Assembly: GCA_048772705.1 (NCBI GenBank)
Contig: JBLWGC010000221.1
Coordinates: forward strand, 1-43,319
DNA: 43,319 nt
Direction: 5' to 3'
From: Leidyana gryllorum EB-2025a
Lineage: Eukaryota > Protista > Apicomplexa
Both the position numbers and the translations under genes were made by a program. Shown here one piece after another: positions 22,704 to 32,314 of this stretch (position 1 is the first letter of the stretch; the number at the start of each line of letters is the position of its first letter). The notes beneath the pieces were generated by a model that did no database searches, had not been told where the DNA came from, and saw only the letters and a program-made list of their open reading frames with translations.

Positions 22704-23780
22704 TCACGAAGTCTCGGGTTTGGCGGTATCGTCATCGGGTCCTTTATTATGCGGATCGATGAGACAGCCATCAGAGGTTACGATAATGCGATCGTCGTGT
22801 TCACGTTTTCGGCGCATCTTTTCGAGGAAGGCGTCGTGGGCTTCTTTCCAGACCTGCGCGAAGGCGGCTCTCTTGTCGCTGCCGGGGCGGCGGCTGGTGT
22901 CGATGGCCTGGTGTTGGAGGAAGAGTTTGTCCCACCATATGGAGACGCCCGCGAGGCTCTGACTCTGTTTCTTTATCAATTCGATGTGTAGATAGCGTAT
23001 ATCTTCCTTTTTCTCCACAAAGGGACAGTGGTCGAGGACCTCCCAGTTCCAGGTGTCATCAATGTTTGTCACCGGGAAAGGGAAGTATCCAGAACAAGTT
23101 GCCTTGAGATCATTGCCATTGTCATTGAAGCTCCACAGCTCGCTGGGACATTTGGCTTTGACCGGCCAGGAGACATCGATGCCCCAAGCCACCGGAAAGA
23201 GGCTTTCCTTGTCGTCTTCCGCGGTGGCGGATCCCGGGTCAGCGGCAGTAAGTGCCGCGGGTATCGCGGATCGTTGGCCTGCCGCCAGGGGCGGTTCAGT
23301 CTCTATCAGTTTGACTTGACGCTCATCTTTTTTTCCCACACGGCGGCTTCTATCCTCAGAAAATGGAAGACGCAGATACAGATCCACCGAAGTGGTGGTC
23401 TGTTCCCAACTCAATTCACCATCCAGTAAAACTGTCCCAACGTTTGGCTCGCGCACCGGAGGCGTGCTGGGGGGTTCTGGTGTGCAGCTTTGGTTCAGAA
23501 GAGTAGTCTTCTTTGTGGGTGCGGGGGGCGTGACGGAGGGCTCATTGTGCGCCTGACAATCGTCGTCTACCCCCGGAACCTTCCCGATATGGACTTTCTG
23601 GGGTTGGGTAAACCGTGTTACTGTAGGTGCGGCTTGGGAACGGGGTGGTCCGCCGGACTGCTCAAAATGTACCACTTCCGGGCTCGCCTCGATTACTTGA
23701 TGGACTGCGGGCTCTCCTTCAGCGTCATCAGACGAATCAACCTCCAGGTGATCCCACTTGGAATAGTCAATGGGTGACAT
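22704..23780 (-). CDS. CS (p23/NudC-like) domain co-chaperone with Cdc37-like N-terminal motif
   Basis: MSPIDYSKWDHLEVDSSDD; SWEQTTTSVDLYLRLP ... LHIELIKK ... WWDKLF...IDT. Confidence 0.75.
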   Translation of the reverse strand: MSPIDYSKWDHLEVDSSDDAEGEPAVHQVIEASPEVVHFEQSGGPPRSQAAPTVTRFTQPQKVHIGKVPGVDDDCQAHNEPSVTPPAPTKKTTLLNQSCTPEPPSTPPVREPNVGTVLLDGELSWEQTTTSVDLYLRLPFSEDRSRRVGKKDERQVKLIETEPPLAAGQRSAIPAALTAADPGSATAEDDKESLFPVAWGIDVSWPVKAKCPSELWSFNDNGNDLKATCSGYFPFPVTNIDDTWNWEVLDHCPFVEKKEDIRYLHIELIKKQSQSLAGVSIWWDKLFLQHQAIDTSRRPGSDKRAAFAQVWKEAHDAFLEKMRRKREHDDRIIVTSDGCLIDPHNKGPDDDTAKPETS

Positions 23781-23803
23781 TGACTTTTTTATTTGTCCCT
23801 ATA

Positions 23804-24142
23804 ATGGCACAGCCGTTGTTCAGAGAACGTCAAAATATCCCTCTCGTAATTGCGGATGATTTGAAAGAAGTACATTTACTCAATTTCTCCAAATTGGACA
23901 TCGATCTAAGCACTGAGAAGAAGGGCGCCTTCCTCTATAAGGTCGTCGGTATTGACGGACCCACCCCTGTAGTGCTGCGGGGCAACAAAGAATACGTTGG
24001 CCGCGTGGAAGAGCTCCACCACCCCATACTCGTCACACGAACAGAGAAAGACGCTGAAACGGGTCAGGAGAAGTGTGTGGTACACTCTATCATTAGACGC
24101 AAACTCATGTTCGAGAAGAAGCCCATCTTTCATTTCAACTAG
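23804..24142 (+). CDS. Ctf8-like small beta-barrel protein (TFIIIC triple-barrel subunit is the alternative)
   Basis: GRVEELHHPILV...VVHSIIRRKLMFEKKP resembles the Ctf8 C-terminal pattern. Confidence 0.5.
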   Translation: MAQPLFRERQNIPLVIADDLKEVHLLNFSKLDIDLSTEKKGAFLYKVVGIDGPTPVVLRGNKEYVGRVEELHHPILVTRTEKDAETGQEKCVVHSIIRRKLMFEKKPIFHFN

Positions 24143-26715
24143 AACGCAAATGCAATCTCGTCGTCTTCGGTTTCCTCCTCGTCAGAGAAACAAGGCCATG
24201 CTGATAGCTCTTTGCGTAACATCATCCTCTCCAACATCCACTCCCGCCACCTCGCCACACTCGCGATCGCCACAGCCGGCACCAAACTCCCCAACGCCGC
24301 TCCCCACCCCAACATAACCGCCCACCCGGGCATAGAACTACAAAAACACCCACCCAGTCAACAGCCACACCCCAACAAAACACGACTCACTCTGAAAACT
24401 TGAGTAGCTGACAAGCTGTGCCACGATACTCTGCGTTACAGTGGCAATGCCCGTTCGCGTTGTCACACCTTCCCTGTTTGCTGCACTCTCCGGGGCAACT
24501 CATCCCTGAAGCCGCCGTCATAGCCTCATCTCCGACCCGGGCTGACTTACACTTGACAGAGGGGAGACTGTGACTGCAGTCTGCGCCCCCCCATCCGGGG
24601 CTGCAGATACAGTAGCCATTGTCGTCACATTGTCCGCGGTGCTCAGCTTCACCACAGTTGTTCTGGCATTGAAATTGTACACTCGTTTGATCGTGTTTCT
24701 CTCGAAAACTCGGCCTCGCTGACCTCGCCAGTCAAACACACACACACACACACAACTCACTGTCATAAAAGTCCCACGCGCCTCCCAGAAGCACCGTCAG
24801 CAGGAGGGCGGGTGCCACATAGGTGATCAGCCACCTCGACTTTATCCGCACACCCGTTGCCCGTCTGACGGTTCTTGAGAAGATCTCGAAGCCCGCAATC
24901 TGAGATATCGCCACCAACTCTGCGAAAGGCACCACCAACAGAGCCAATGCACCTAACAATGCCAATGGAGTGAGTGGTGGGACGGAGACAACGGTGGGGG
25001 GTCGAGTTGGAGGTGTGTAGCTTGGAGGAGGCCAGCAGAGGTCCCTCTCCCGTACTCACCTGTGTTGCCATCGAGCAGATCCACCATATAGATCCCCGTG
25101 GGGGATATTAGGGGCGCCGCCAGGACAAAGAGAGCTATACAAAGTATCGCGGCATTGAGTCTTGCGGAAGTAAATCCCTGGAGGCCGAGCTCGTCGATGG
25201 AGATCTGGACGAGATTCAACATAGTCAGGACAGAGCTCAGCCCCAAACTTATAATCAACAGAAAGAAGAGAGATGTGAATAGTTTGGCCCAATTGATAGT
25301 CTCCAGCACAGCCGGGAAGACAACGAATATCAGACCGCTCCCAGCTTGAACCACATCTTCCACCGACGGGACTCCCTGAACCCACGCCACGTGGCCCAGG
25401 AAAGCAAACACAGATAGACCCGCCAGCAGAGAGGTCGCTATGTTCATTCCCAACACTATCCAGGCGTCCTTGGCAAACTGCGGAATGTGTGTGTGTGTGG
25501 GTGTGTGGGTGTGTGGATGGTGTGTGAGGGTGTGTGGGCGTGTGATGGTGTGTGGGGGGGGTGGAGGGTGTGTGTATACATATATATATATAGGATGGGG
25601 CAATAAGTGACTCTCGAGGGCACTCACATCGTTTCTGGGGTCCGAGTAGGAAGCAAAATTGACGAGACAGCCCCATCCGATACCGCAGGAGAAGAAGACC
25701 TGAAGCATAGCTCGCGCCCAGAGCCGGAGACTGAGGAGGTCCTCCAAAGAGGGGATTAGGAAGAACTTGAGGCCATCAAGCGCGCCTGGAAGGATCGTCC
25801 CTCTGATAAAGAGGGCCAAAAGGCCGACCGACGGGAAGAGCGCTGCAAAGGCAGAGATACAGCCGGAACGGGTTACGCCTCCGGAGACAGATATGAAGAC
25901 CAGAAGGCATCCCATTGAGAGACTGAGCAGCAGATAGGGGTTTGTGTCTGATACGTTTGGTTCAGACATTGAGGACGACTTGCGCAGTACGTCGGCCAAG
26001 AAGTACCGATTGGCACTGTCGGCGAGACTGTTTCCTCCGGCGCTCCAGGGGTGTGGTGTCTGCGGTGGAGTTTGGGGGAGGAGTTTGGGGGAGACCGACC
26101 GACCGACCATGAAGGACTCGAAGAAGTAATAGATCGCCCAGGCGTTGATGACTGAAAAGTAGATCGCGCAAATGGCAGCGAGCACCATGGAGCTTAAGCC
26201 CAATCCGGAGAGTCGGGGACTGAAACTGGGCCAGACGCTGCCGAAGGGTGAGGAGGAAGGTCAGTCAGTGGCAGCGGAGGTTTACCGGAGGAAGCTCGCT
26301 TGCAGACACTGTCCGAGACTGAGCTCGAGTTGGTACATCGGGATGCCGATGGCGAAGGCCAAAGTGAGAAAGGCGACCAGAAAGGATCCCCCGCCATTTT
26401 GGTGGCAGACATATGGGAATCGCCAGACAGACGGCAGTCCGACGGCAAAGCCAAAGCAGGTGAGGATGTAATCCAGTCTGGTCTTCCAGCGTGGGTGTGC
26501 GGGGGGTAAGCTGGGGGAGTGCTCGAAAGAGGCGGCGGCGGTGCCCCCTTTGGTGATGACATCCTCGCGAGGGTCGTACCCCGAGACGGCAATAGTACTA
26601 CGAGCGGCGGGGGGTTGGATTATTAGAGGTGTACTCAACAACATTGTGGGGCTCACTGCTCCGCGGGTGGGAAACAACGGATTTCATCAAAGGTGGTCTG
26701 TTGGGATACAGTCAT
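24139..26715 (-). CDS. SLC6/NSS sodium:neurotransmitter symporter family transporter with two EGF-like repeats before TM12
   Basis: RW...[54 protein letters not shown]. Spliced 3' exons give two 6-Cys EGF units then PGWAVMLGW. Start may instead be ATG 26644. Confidence 0.85.
25486..25592. repeat. GT/TA-rich microsatellite within an NSS intron
   Basis: (gt)n and (ta)n; translates as HTHT in the ORF track. Confidence 0.85.
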
Positions 26716-27678
26716 TCATTCACGCGCGCAATGGAATTGCCGAACAGAAATGTTGATTCTATGCTGACCATCCGCGGCTGGTGGAGAACTCAGACAGCTC
26801 TTTCTATGCTGCCGCAGCAACAGCTGCGGGACCCCGTGATAGCTGAGACGTGTCTCCTGAGACATCACCAACACATCGCCTTGGCGTAATATCACTACAT
26901 CTGGTTTCACGCCTCGACTCGGCCCCCCAAGCAACAGAATTCCAGGCTGCCCTATACTGAACGTCACCAATGGCATTTCTATCGCTTCCTCCACGTCGTC
27001 TATGTGCCCTCGCAGCCGGTCTCCGCCTTTATAAAAGTTAACCAACGCGCAGTCCGGCTCGTACTTGGACGCCACCGCATCTCCCGCCACCAACCTTATT
27101 ACATCTCGAGCCATCGTCTTCAGACTCTCCGGCAACTCCGCAAACCCCTCTGTCAAATACACCCGCTTCCCCCAATCGTACGAACATCCCAACGACACCC
27201 AACGAAGTCTGACCTTCTGACCCCCAATCTCCTCCTTCGTCATCACTCGGTGAGGACTGATATTCGTCGGAGCCATATATGGGAACCTATCAAAACAGTC
27301 CCGATGCAACGACCGCACAATCTCAGATCTCATTCCATTCGGAATCAGAAAAGCCCCCGGATGCCCTTTGACCGAATATATACTCGGGACGCCCCCGCCG
27401 GTCTCATCAGCCCCCGTCATCCACTGCGGTGGCCTCTCAACCCGACACACCGACTCTAAAATCTCTGAATTAGCCCTCATACATTCTCCCACAGTCTCCG
27501 AGCACAGATCCAACAACTTCGCCTCTTCTTCATACCACACAGACCTCTGATCCTCATTTATCGGATATAGATTCACAACAGCCACCTCTCGATCTCGCAC
27601 TGCTTCACCAATCCGCTTTGTTCTCAACAATGTGTCCACGGCTTTGTACGCATCCTCAACTTCACAACCCTCACTCAT
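26716..27678 (-). CDS. ALKBH1: AlkB family 2OG-Fe(II) dioxygenase, ALKBH1-like (start uncertain)
   Basis: LRWVSLGCSYDW, PDCALVNFY, HIDD (HxD), YHGVP, RINISVRQ. Confidence 0.88.
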   Translation of the reverse strand: MSEGCEVEDAYKAVDTLLRTKRIGEAVRDREVAVVNLYPINEDQRSVWYEEEAKLLDLCSETVGECMRANSEILESVCRVERPPQWMTGADETGGGVPSIYSVKGHPGAFLIPNGMRSEIVRSLHRDCFDRFPYMAPTNISPHRVMTKEEIGGQKVRLRWVSLGCSYDWGKRVYLTEGFAELPESLKTMARDVIRLVAGDAVASKYEPDCALVNFYKGGDRLRGHIDDVEEAIEMPLVTFSIGQPGILLLGGPSRGVKPDVVILRQGDVLVMSQETRLSYHGVPQLLLRQHRKSCLSSPPAADGQHRINISVRQFHCARE

Positions 27679-27869
27679 CCCCCTAATACCGCCACCAAAA
27701 AGACAGAACGGCGCAACCTGCAAAAAAGCCGATACCTAAATATGTTACATCACATTTTTCATCACCACCCTCTCATCCTTCTCAAGCATCTCCAGTGTGC
27801 ATAATCATTTGTGCATTGTGCATTTGAGTTTCACCCTTTGTGCGTTGTGCATCATCCATTGCGCATTAA

Positions 27870-28097
27870 GCATCGGAGGCAACTCGGGTATCCGAGTTCA
27901 GTTCAGTAAGATTCAGTTTGCCCGATGTGCGGATTGTCGCGTGTGATTCACGCCTGTTACTGGTCGTTGATTCTGACAGCTCTAATAGCCTGACAGAGTC
28001 AACTTTTCCATGGGATGACAGGCAATACTGAGTTTGGGAGTTATGGGGGCATCCTCTGTCATGTGGGGTTTGCAACTTTACCGCCTTCCATACATTC
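27870..28097 (+). ncRNA. Putative structured ncRNA, class unknown
   Basis: Nested stems gcatcgg/ccgatgt, aactcgg/ccgagtt, gcgtg/cacgc, tgacagag/ctctgtca; terminal hairpin followed by ACA; adjacent to snoRNAs. Confidence 0.4.
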
Positions 28098-28106
28098 CTT
28101 TATCGT

Positions 28107-28190
28107 CCGAAATGATGAAGAAACGTTTGCACGTCAGTCTGAGCACTCAATGCTGAGAGACAACGACCTATCGCTACAATCTCTGACTCT
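28107..28190 (+). ncRNA. Box C/D snoRNA (snR72-like D' guide), copy 1
   Basis: C box ATGATGA 28112-28118, D' CTGA 28139-28142, C' ATGCTGA, D CTGA 28183-28186; guide TTTGCACGTCAG is antisense to conserved LSU rRNA CUGACGUGCAAA. Confidence 0.85.
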
Positions 28191-28220
28191 TTATTATGGC
28201 ATTGGTATTGATGTTTATGC

Positions 28221-28351
28221 GCGCCCCGCCTCGAAGTTGTCAGTCGCCGTCGACTGACGATTCCATTGCGGGGCCACACTGATTTAATGGTCGAGCTTTC
28301 GCACAATGCCGTCTCCTTCATGGCGGACTTGTGATACGCAAGCCCACACTC
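28221..28351 (+). ncRNA. Box H/ACA snoRNA
   Basis: Hairpin gccccgc/gcggggc with internal pocket and 11-bp upper stem; imperfect H box (ACACTGA); second hairpin; ACA at 28346-28348. Confidence 0.65.
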
Positions 28352-28388
28352 TTTCAATGTACTTTTTTCCTTCCTTCCTCACTCTCTC

Positions 28389-28463
28389 AGTCATATGATG
28401 AACTTCGTTAACCATCTTTCGAGGCTGAAACTGTCTTGATGATAACATAAAACGTTCTGACAC
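28389..28463 (+). ncRNA. Box C/D snoRNA (snR39B/SNORD2-like)
   Basis: C ATGATGA 28395-28401, D' CTGA 28425-28428, C' TTGATGA, D CTGA 28457-28460; guide ACCATCTTTCG is antisense to LSU CGAAAGAUGGU. Confidence 0.85.
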
Positions 28464-28533
28464 CCCAACGGACACTATTCTTTGATCTCATTGTGAAATG
28501 ATATGGAGACGTGTTTTGATGTGTTTGCCTGCA

Positions 28534-28620
28534 GTATGGAATGATGAAGAAACGTTTGCACGTCAGTCTGAGCACGCAATGCTGAGAGACAACGACTTAT
28601 CGCTACAATCTCTGACATAC
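28534..28620 (+). ncRNA. Box C/D snoRNA (snR72-like D' guide), copy 2
   Basis: Copy of 28112-28186 with 2 substitutions; perfect terminal stem GTATG/CATAC. Confidence 0.88.
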
Positions 28621-28867
28621 ATTCAGCGACTCTAATCCGTAATTACTGCTTCCCACAGATGATAGCCGAGTCAGCCGTAATGTGTGCATTGCTCAGCTCT
28701 CCCGTGTGTGGGCCTCCTTTACAATCGCTAGAGTGGCGATCCCGAGTCATTGTTCAATCAGTTCTAATAGGGATTCAACGCTGTTTCCGGTGTTTGTAGG
28801 TCTGATTTGTCTCTGCCGTCACTGACGGCGGGTGCATTGGGAGGGTCGCTGGAGCCAGCGACTGTGT

Positions 28868-30157
28868 TCAGGGGACTGAGCACTGTGGACAGGGCTGAGG
28901 CGCTTCTTTGGTGACTTTGCCGAAGGGTTGGAGATCGGAGACGTCGCCGTTGAAGCATAGTTGAGCAATGTGAAGGACAAGAGTGAATGTGTATTGGAAT
29001 TCGAGTTTGCGATAGATAACGTACGACTCTGCGTGAGTGATTGCCTTTCTCCACTGTGGAGTGTGGGGTAAGTGTTGTGTGATGCGTTTGCGGAATTCCC
29101 GTCCGAATCCCGGGGGTAATATCTCTTCTTTGAGGACGTCGCGCTGGTCGAATGGTTTATAGTCGGGTCGATTGGTGACTTCGGCGTAGATCGATTTCAA
29201 GAAGCGCGTCTCGTTGACTTCTTCGCGAAAGGCGTCGATGGATTGTTTCACGATTTCGTCGCACTCGCGGCGTTTCTCCTCGCTGATTTTGAGAACCTTT
29301 AAGCAATAGCGAATCATTGACACCAACTTTTCTCTCTTTGTGTCCGAGAAGTGTTCGTAGCCGATGAATCCCAAATGAATGTACGTAATCTCAGCCGCGA
29401 GATCGTCCCATTTGTCCAGATACTTGTCTTGGACACGTGTGAACCACGAACGCGCTTCGTCACAGAATGTTATCGCCTCGGGTGATGGCGGCCGTATGAG
29501 GGTCGGCGAGGGCGTTTTGGGCGGCTTTGCCGCTTTCCCTTTGGCTTTCCGGCTTTTCGAGGAGACTTTGGTGCTTTTCATCTCTGTGTCCTCCACGGGT
29601 GGGGGGAGTGCTGTCTCGCCGCCGCTGTCTCGCGCTCGGCTCGACAGAGTGAGTATGGGCGTTCCAACGGCTTTGAGGAGGTTCCAGACAGCATGAAGCT
29701 CTCCCGTCAGATACTCTGCGAAGGTTATCCTCGACTGGATGATATACTCGAGACTGACCCCGTCGCCCTCGACGCCAGAAAGCTGTTTCCGACAGTCTCT
29801 CGGGAGCAATGCGTTCAACTCGAACTCCCTCTCGTTGAAGGGAATGAAAGTGGTCTTCTCCTTGAGCTCGCGATATGTGTCCATAGCTCCCTCCTTGGCA
29901 CCGAGGATCTCCAGCAGGAGAGACTGTACCCCGGCGAAGCTCACACAGTCCAAGTTTTGAGAGGAAACGTGCAGATTCTTCTCTCCCAATTTAAACCCGA
30001 TCTCTTTGATCCACGCCTGACACGCAAAGGTGTCAACAATCATATTTTTGTGTAACTCCAACAAATCGTCCAGCGCCTTATCAATACGCTCCAACGTCAA
30101 ACAGCTAACCATCGATACATCCACCATTCTATCGCTCTCACAATTGTCCCCACTCAT
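28868..30157 (-). CDS. Unknown tandem-family protein, copy A
   Basis: RIDKALDDL; LLPRDCR...FAEYLTGE; RPDYKPFDQRD...YVIYRKLE. Confidence 0.75.
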   Translation of the reverse strand: MSGDNCESDRMVDVSMVSCLTLERIDKALDDLLELHKNMIVDTFACQAWIKEIGFKLGEKNLHVSSQNLDCVSFAGVQSLLLEILGAKEGAMDTYRELKEKTTFIPFNEREFELNALLPRDCRKQLSGVEGDGVSLEYIIQSRITFAEYLTGELHAVWNLLKAVGTPILTLSSRARDSGGETALPPPVEDTEMKSTKVSSKSRKAKGKAAKPPKTPSPTLIRPPSPEAITFCDEARSWFTRVQDKYLDKWDDLAAEITYIHLGFIGYEHFSDTKREKLVSMIRYCLKVLKISEEKRRECDEIVKQSIDAFREEVNETRFLKSIYAEVTNRPDYKPFDQRDVLKEEILPPGFGREFRKRITQHLPHTPQWRKAITHAESYVIYRKLEFQYTFTLVLHIAQLCFNGDVSDLQPFGKVTKEAPQPCPQCSVP

Positions 30158-30309
30158 ACCGACGAGTCCAATCGATTGATCGATTGATCGATCAATCGAT
30201 CGATTCTTCACCTGCACGAGACCGACGACTTTTTCACCGTCCCTCTCTGCACCGCGCGCGCCCGCCCCCTCTCTCCGCTCCACTCTCGCACTCTCGAGCC
30301 GTCGCTGAG

Positions 30310-31326
30310 TCACTTTGAGTCGCACTCAGTGCACAGAGGACGGCATCTCGCCGACTCAGATAGCAACAGGAGTCCTTCCGATAGCTCCACATCTTTAGCC
30401 GCACTCGCGTTGCCCGCAAGGACACTCACACTCATTTGTCCAAAGGCGACGGCCAAATCCCTCAGAGCCCTCTGTTCGAGCTCTCGATACTTTCCGTATC
30501 CATCGGATATTTCCAGCGCTTCGGACTTTTCCCTGGAATTGGGCGGCTGATCTGCCGTCTCCTTGCGCAGGGTGTGTCCGAGGCACGGCTGGTACAACTG
30601 ATCTGCCTGCATAAAGTCGAATGCATTGAACACTGTGTAGTCGGACCGCTCGCTGAGCACTCGCAGAGTGTCGTCCTCGGTGCCGACGACGCGCAGAAAG
30701 TGGTCCTCTACGGCCAGAATGGCTCGGTTCACCGATGGCAGATACTGGTCTCCGGTGAGGAAGTTGCGTGCGGACAGCAGAAAGTCGGCGAAGTCGATGC
30801 CCAACAGATTGCCCTCCGCCACAGCCTCCATTGCGAACCGAAGGGCCCATCCGTTCACGAGAGGATCGATAAACGTCAAGTCGGTCGAGGTGCGGAGGGA
30901 CGCTTCGAAGAACTTTGCGTAACTCTTCAGCACAGAGATCTCCCAACACAAATAATACCCGAATTGGATCAGAATGTGTTACTGCTCGCGGACACACGTT
31001 CCCGCCTCGAATTCCTCCAACAGCTCAGAACGGCAGTCGAAAGGAATCAGTTTGTCCGCATCTTGGAGCGTCCGATGCTCGAGAGTGGTGTAATACACCG
31101 AAGATTCCAAAACTCTGTGAACCCTCCACAGCTTCGTGAAAGGGCGATGTCTCCCTTTAAAGGGATTGTATTTGTTCGAGAGCTCCGCCTTTTGGTCGGA
31201 AGACAAATCTTTGCCAGTCTTCTCCACATATTTCTTCCGTAAATCACAACATACCCCCACCACTTTCGGACACTTGTCGAATATCTCGTCCAACAGACGG
31301 TGACAAACAGCCACAGATGCCGACAT
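30310..31326 (-). pseudogene. Tandem-family copy B with one in-frame TAA at 30979-30981
   Basis: ORFs 30979-31326 and 30310-30951 are in the same frame; Q*HILIQFGYYLCWE aligns with QLRVLTGFAYYLYLE of copy C. Confidence 0.75.
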
Positions 31327-31365
31327 TCAATACTCCTCAATCACACCCGCCTCGCAATCACACCG

Positions 31366-31370
<5 letters not shown>

Positions 31371-31432
<62 letters not shown>
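31371..31432. repeat. (GT)n microsatellite
   Basis: About 30 GT units. Confidence 0.95.
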
Positions 31433-31433
<1 letters not shown>

Positions 31434-31555
31434 TGCTGTTGTTTGGGTGTCTCTGCTGTTGTTTGGGTGTCTAAAAGTGTATCAGTGTTTCTCGTCTTTT
31501 GTGTTGAGCAGTGACTGTCACAGAGAGAGATGCCGCTTTGTACTGGGTACTTTTT

Positions 31556-32314
31556 TCACATCGTGTCTGTGTGCCCGGCAGTGGTGGTGGTTTCGAGGTC
31601 AGCTGTGAGTTCGTCGAACGGGGGCATCTGGTCGGCGAAGGTGACCTTTTTGTGGGGTTTACGGCACTTCCGGTTGAGTTCCTCACGCCAGTTGGTGACG
31701 ACCGTTCTGGAGAGTTCCTTGAGTCTGGCTTCCCATAGGGCAACGCGCGCCTGGTGGCCGATGGGAGTGCCGGGCATCTTTGTGCCGTCACAGCGTCGCA
31801 GAGAGAAGCGCATTTGGAGCAAAGTCTGTTCCAAATAGAGCATTTCGAGATACAGATAGTACGCGAATCCGGTGAGGACGCGTAGCTGCGCCTGCGGAGT
31901 TCCTTTGGGGGCCATTGATCTCAGGAGTTTCTGGCGACAGTCAGTCGCGACCAGCGAGTCACGGAGTGCATATTTTCGCTCATCGAGTGTCGTGTAGTAA
32001 TCAGCGGCCCGCAAGGCTCGATCGATCCTCGACTTTTTGCACATCAGCTTGAACTCGAGTTTGAGCAGACAGAGACTGTCGAGACATTCGAGGAACATCG
32101 TTTCTTGGGGATAGTTGAATCTGACTTTCTCCTTCAGCTGTCCCCGCAGCTCACCACAGAGGCTCACCACGCGCGGATAATAGGCGAAAATCTCATCCAG
32201 GAGTTCATGACAGCTGCCCACCGCTTCCTCGATGGCCGCGTCCACTCGCGCCTTGGCACTGACGTCTTGCGTCACCTTGGCGACAGTGTCCCATGCAGCG
32301 TGCAAACCGTCCAT
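31556..32314 (-). CDS. Tandem-family copy C (single module)
   Basis: CHELLDEIF; RALRAADYYTTLDER...TDCR...FAYYLYLE. Confidence 0.7.
   Translation of the reverse strand: MDGLHAAWDTVAKVTQDVSAKARVDAAIEEAVGSCHELLDEIFAYYPRVVSLCGELRGQLKEKVRFNYPQETMFLECLDSLCLLKLEFKLMCKKSRIDRALRAADYYTTLDERKYALRDSLVATDCRQKLLRSMAPKGTPQAQLRVLTGFAYYLYLEMLYLEQTLLQMRFSLRRCDGTKMPGTPIGHQARVALWEARLKELSRTVVTNWREELNRKCRKPHKKVTFADQMPPFDELTADLETTTTAGHTDTM

Noticed and set aside
24518-24766. ORF ending SEMRL as the NSS C-terminus
   Set aside because: A nearby downstream acceptor yields two well-formed EGF repeats and a proper TM12
28112-28615. 75-nt direct repeat as a CRISPR array or LTR
   Set aside because: Only two copies, each bounded by C and D boxes with rRNA-antisense guides, so a snoRNA duplication; no cas or retroelement genes nearby
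28624-28750. Additional snoRNA after the cluster
   Set aside because: Only short stems; no convincing C/D or H/ACA box arrangement
30170-30206. Quasi-palindromic (ATCG/ATTG)n tract as a regulatory hairpin
   Set aside because: Self-complementarity follows from the simple repeat unit; a similar tract occurs at 18935-18960
30979-30981. TAA reassignment (alternative genetic code)
   Set aside because: TAA ends other genes here (C2 protein, surface protein, Ubc6), and no conserved gene has an in-frame TAA in coding exons
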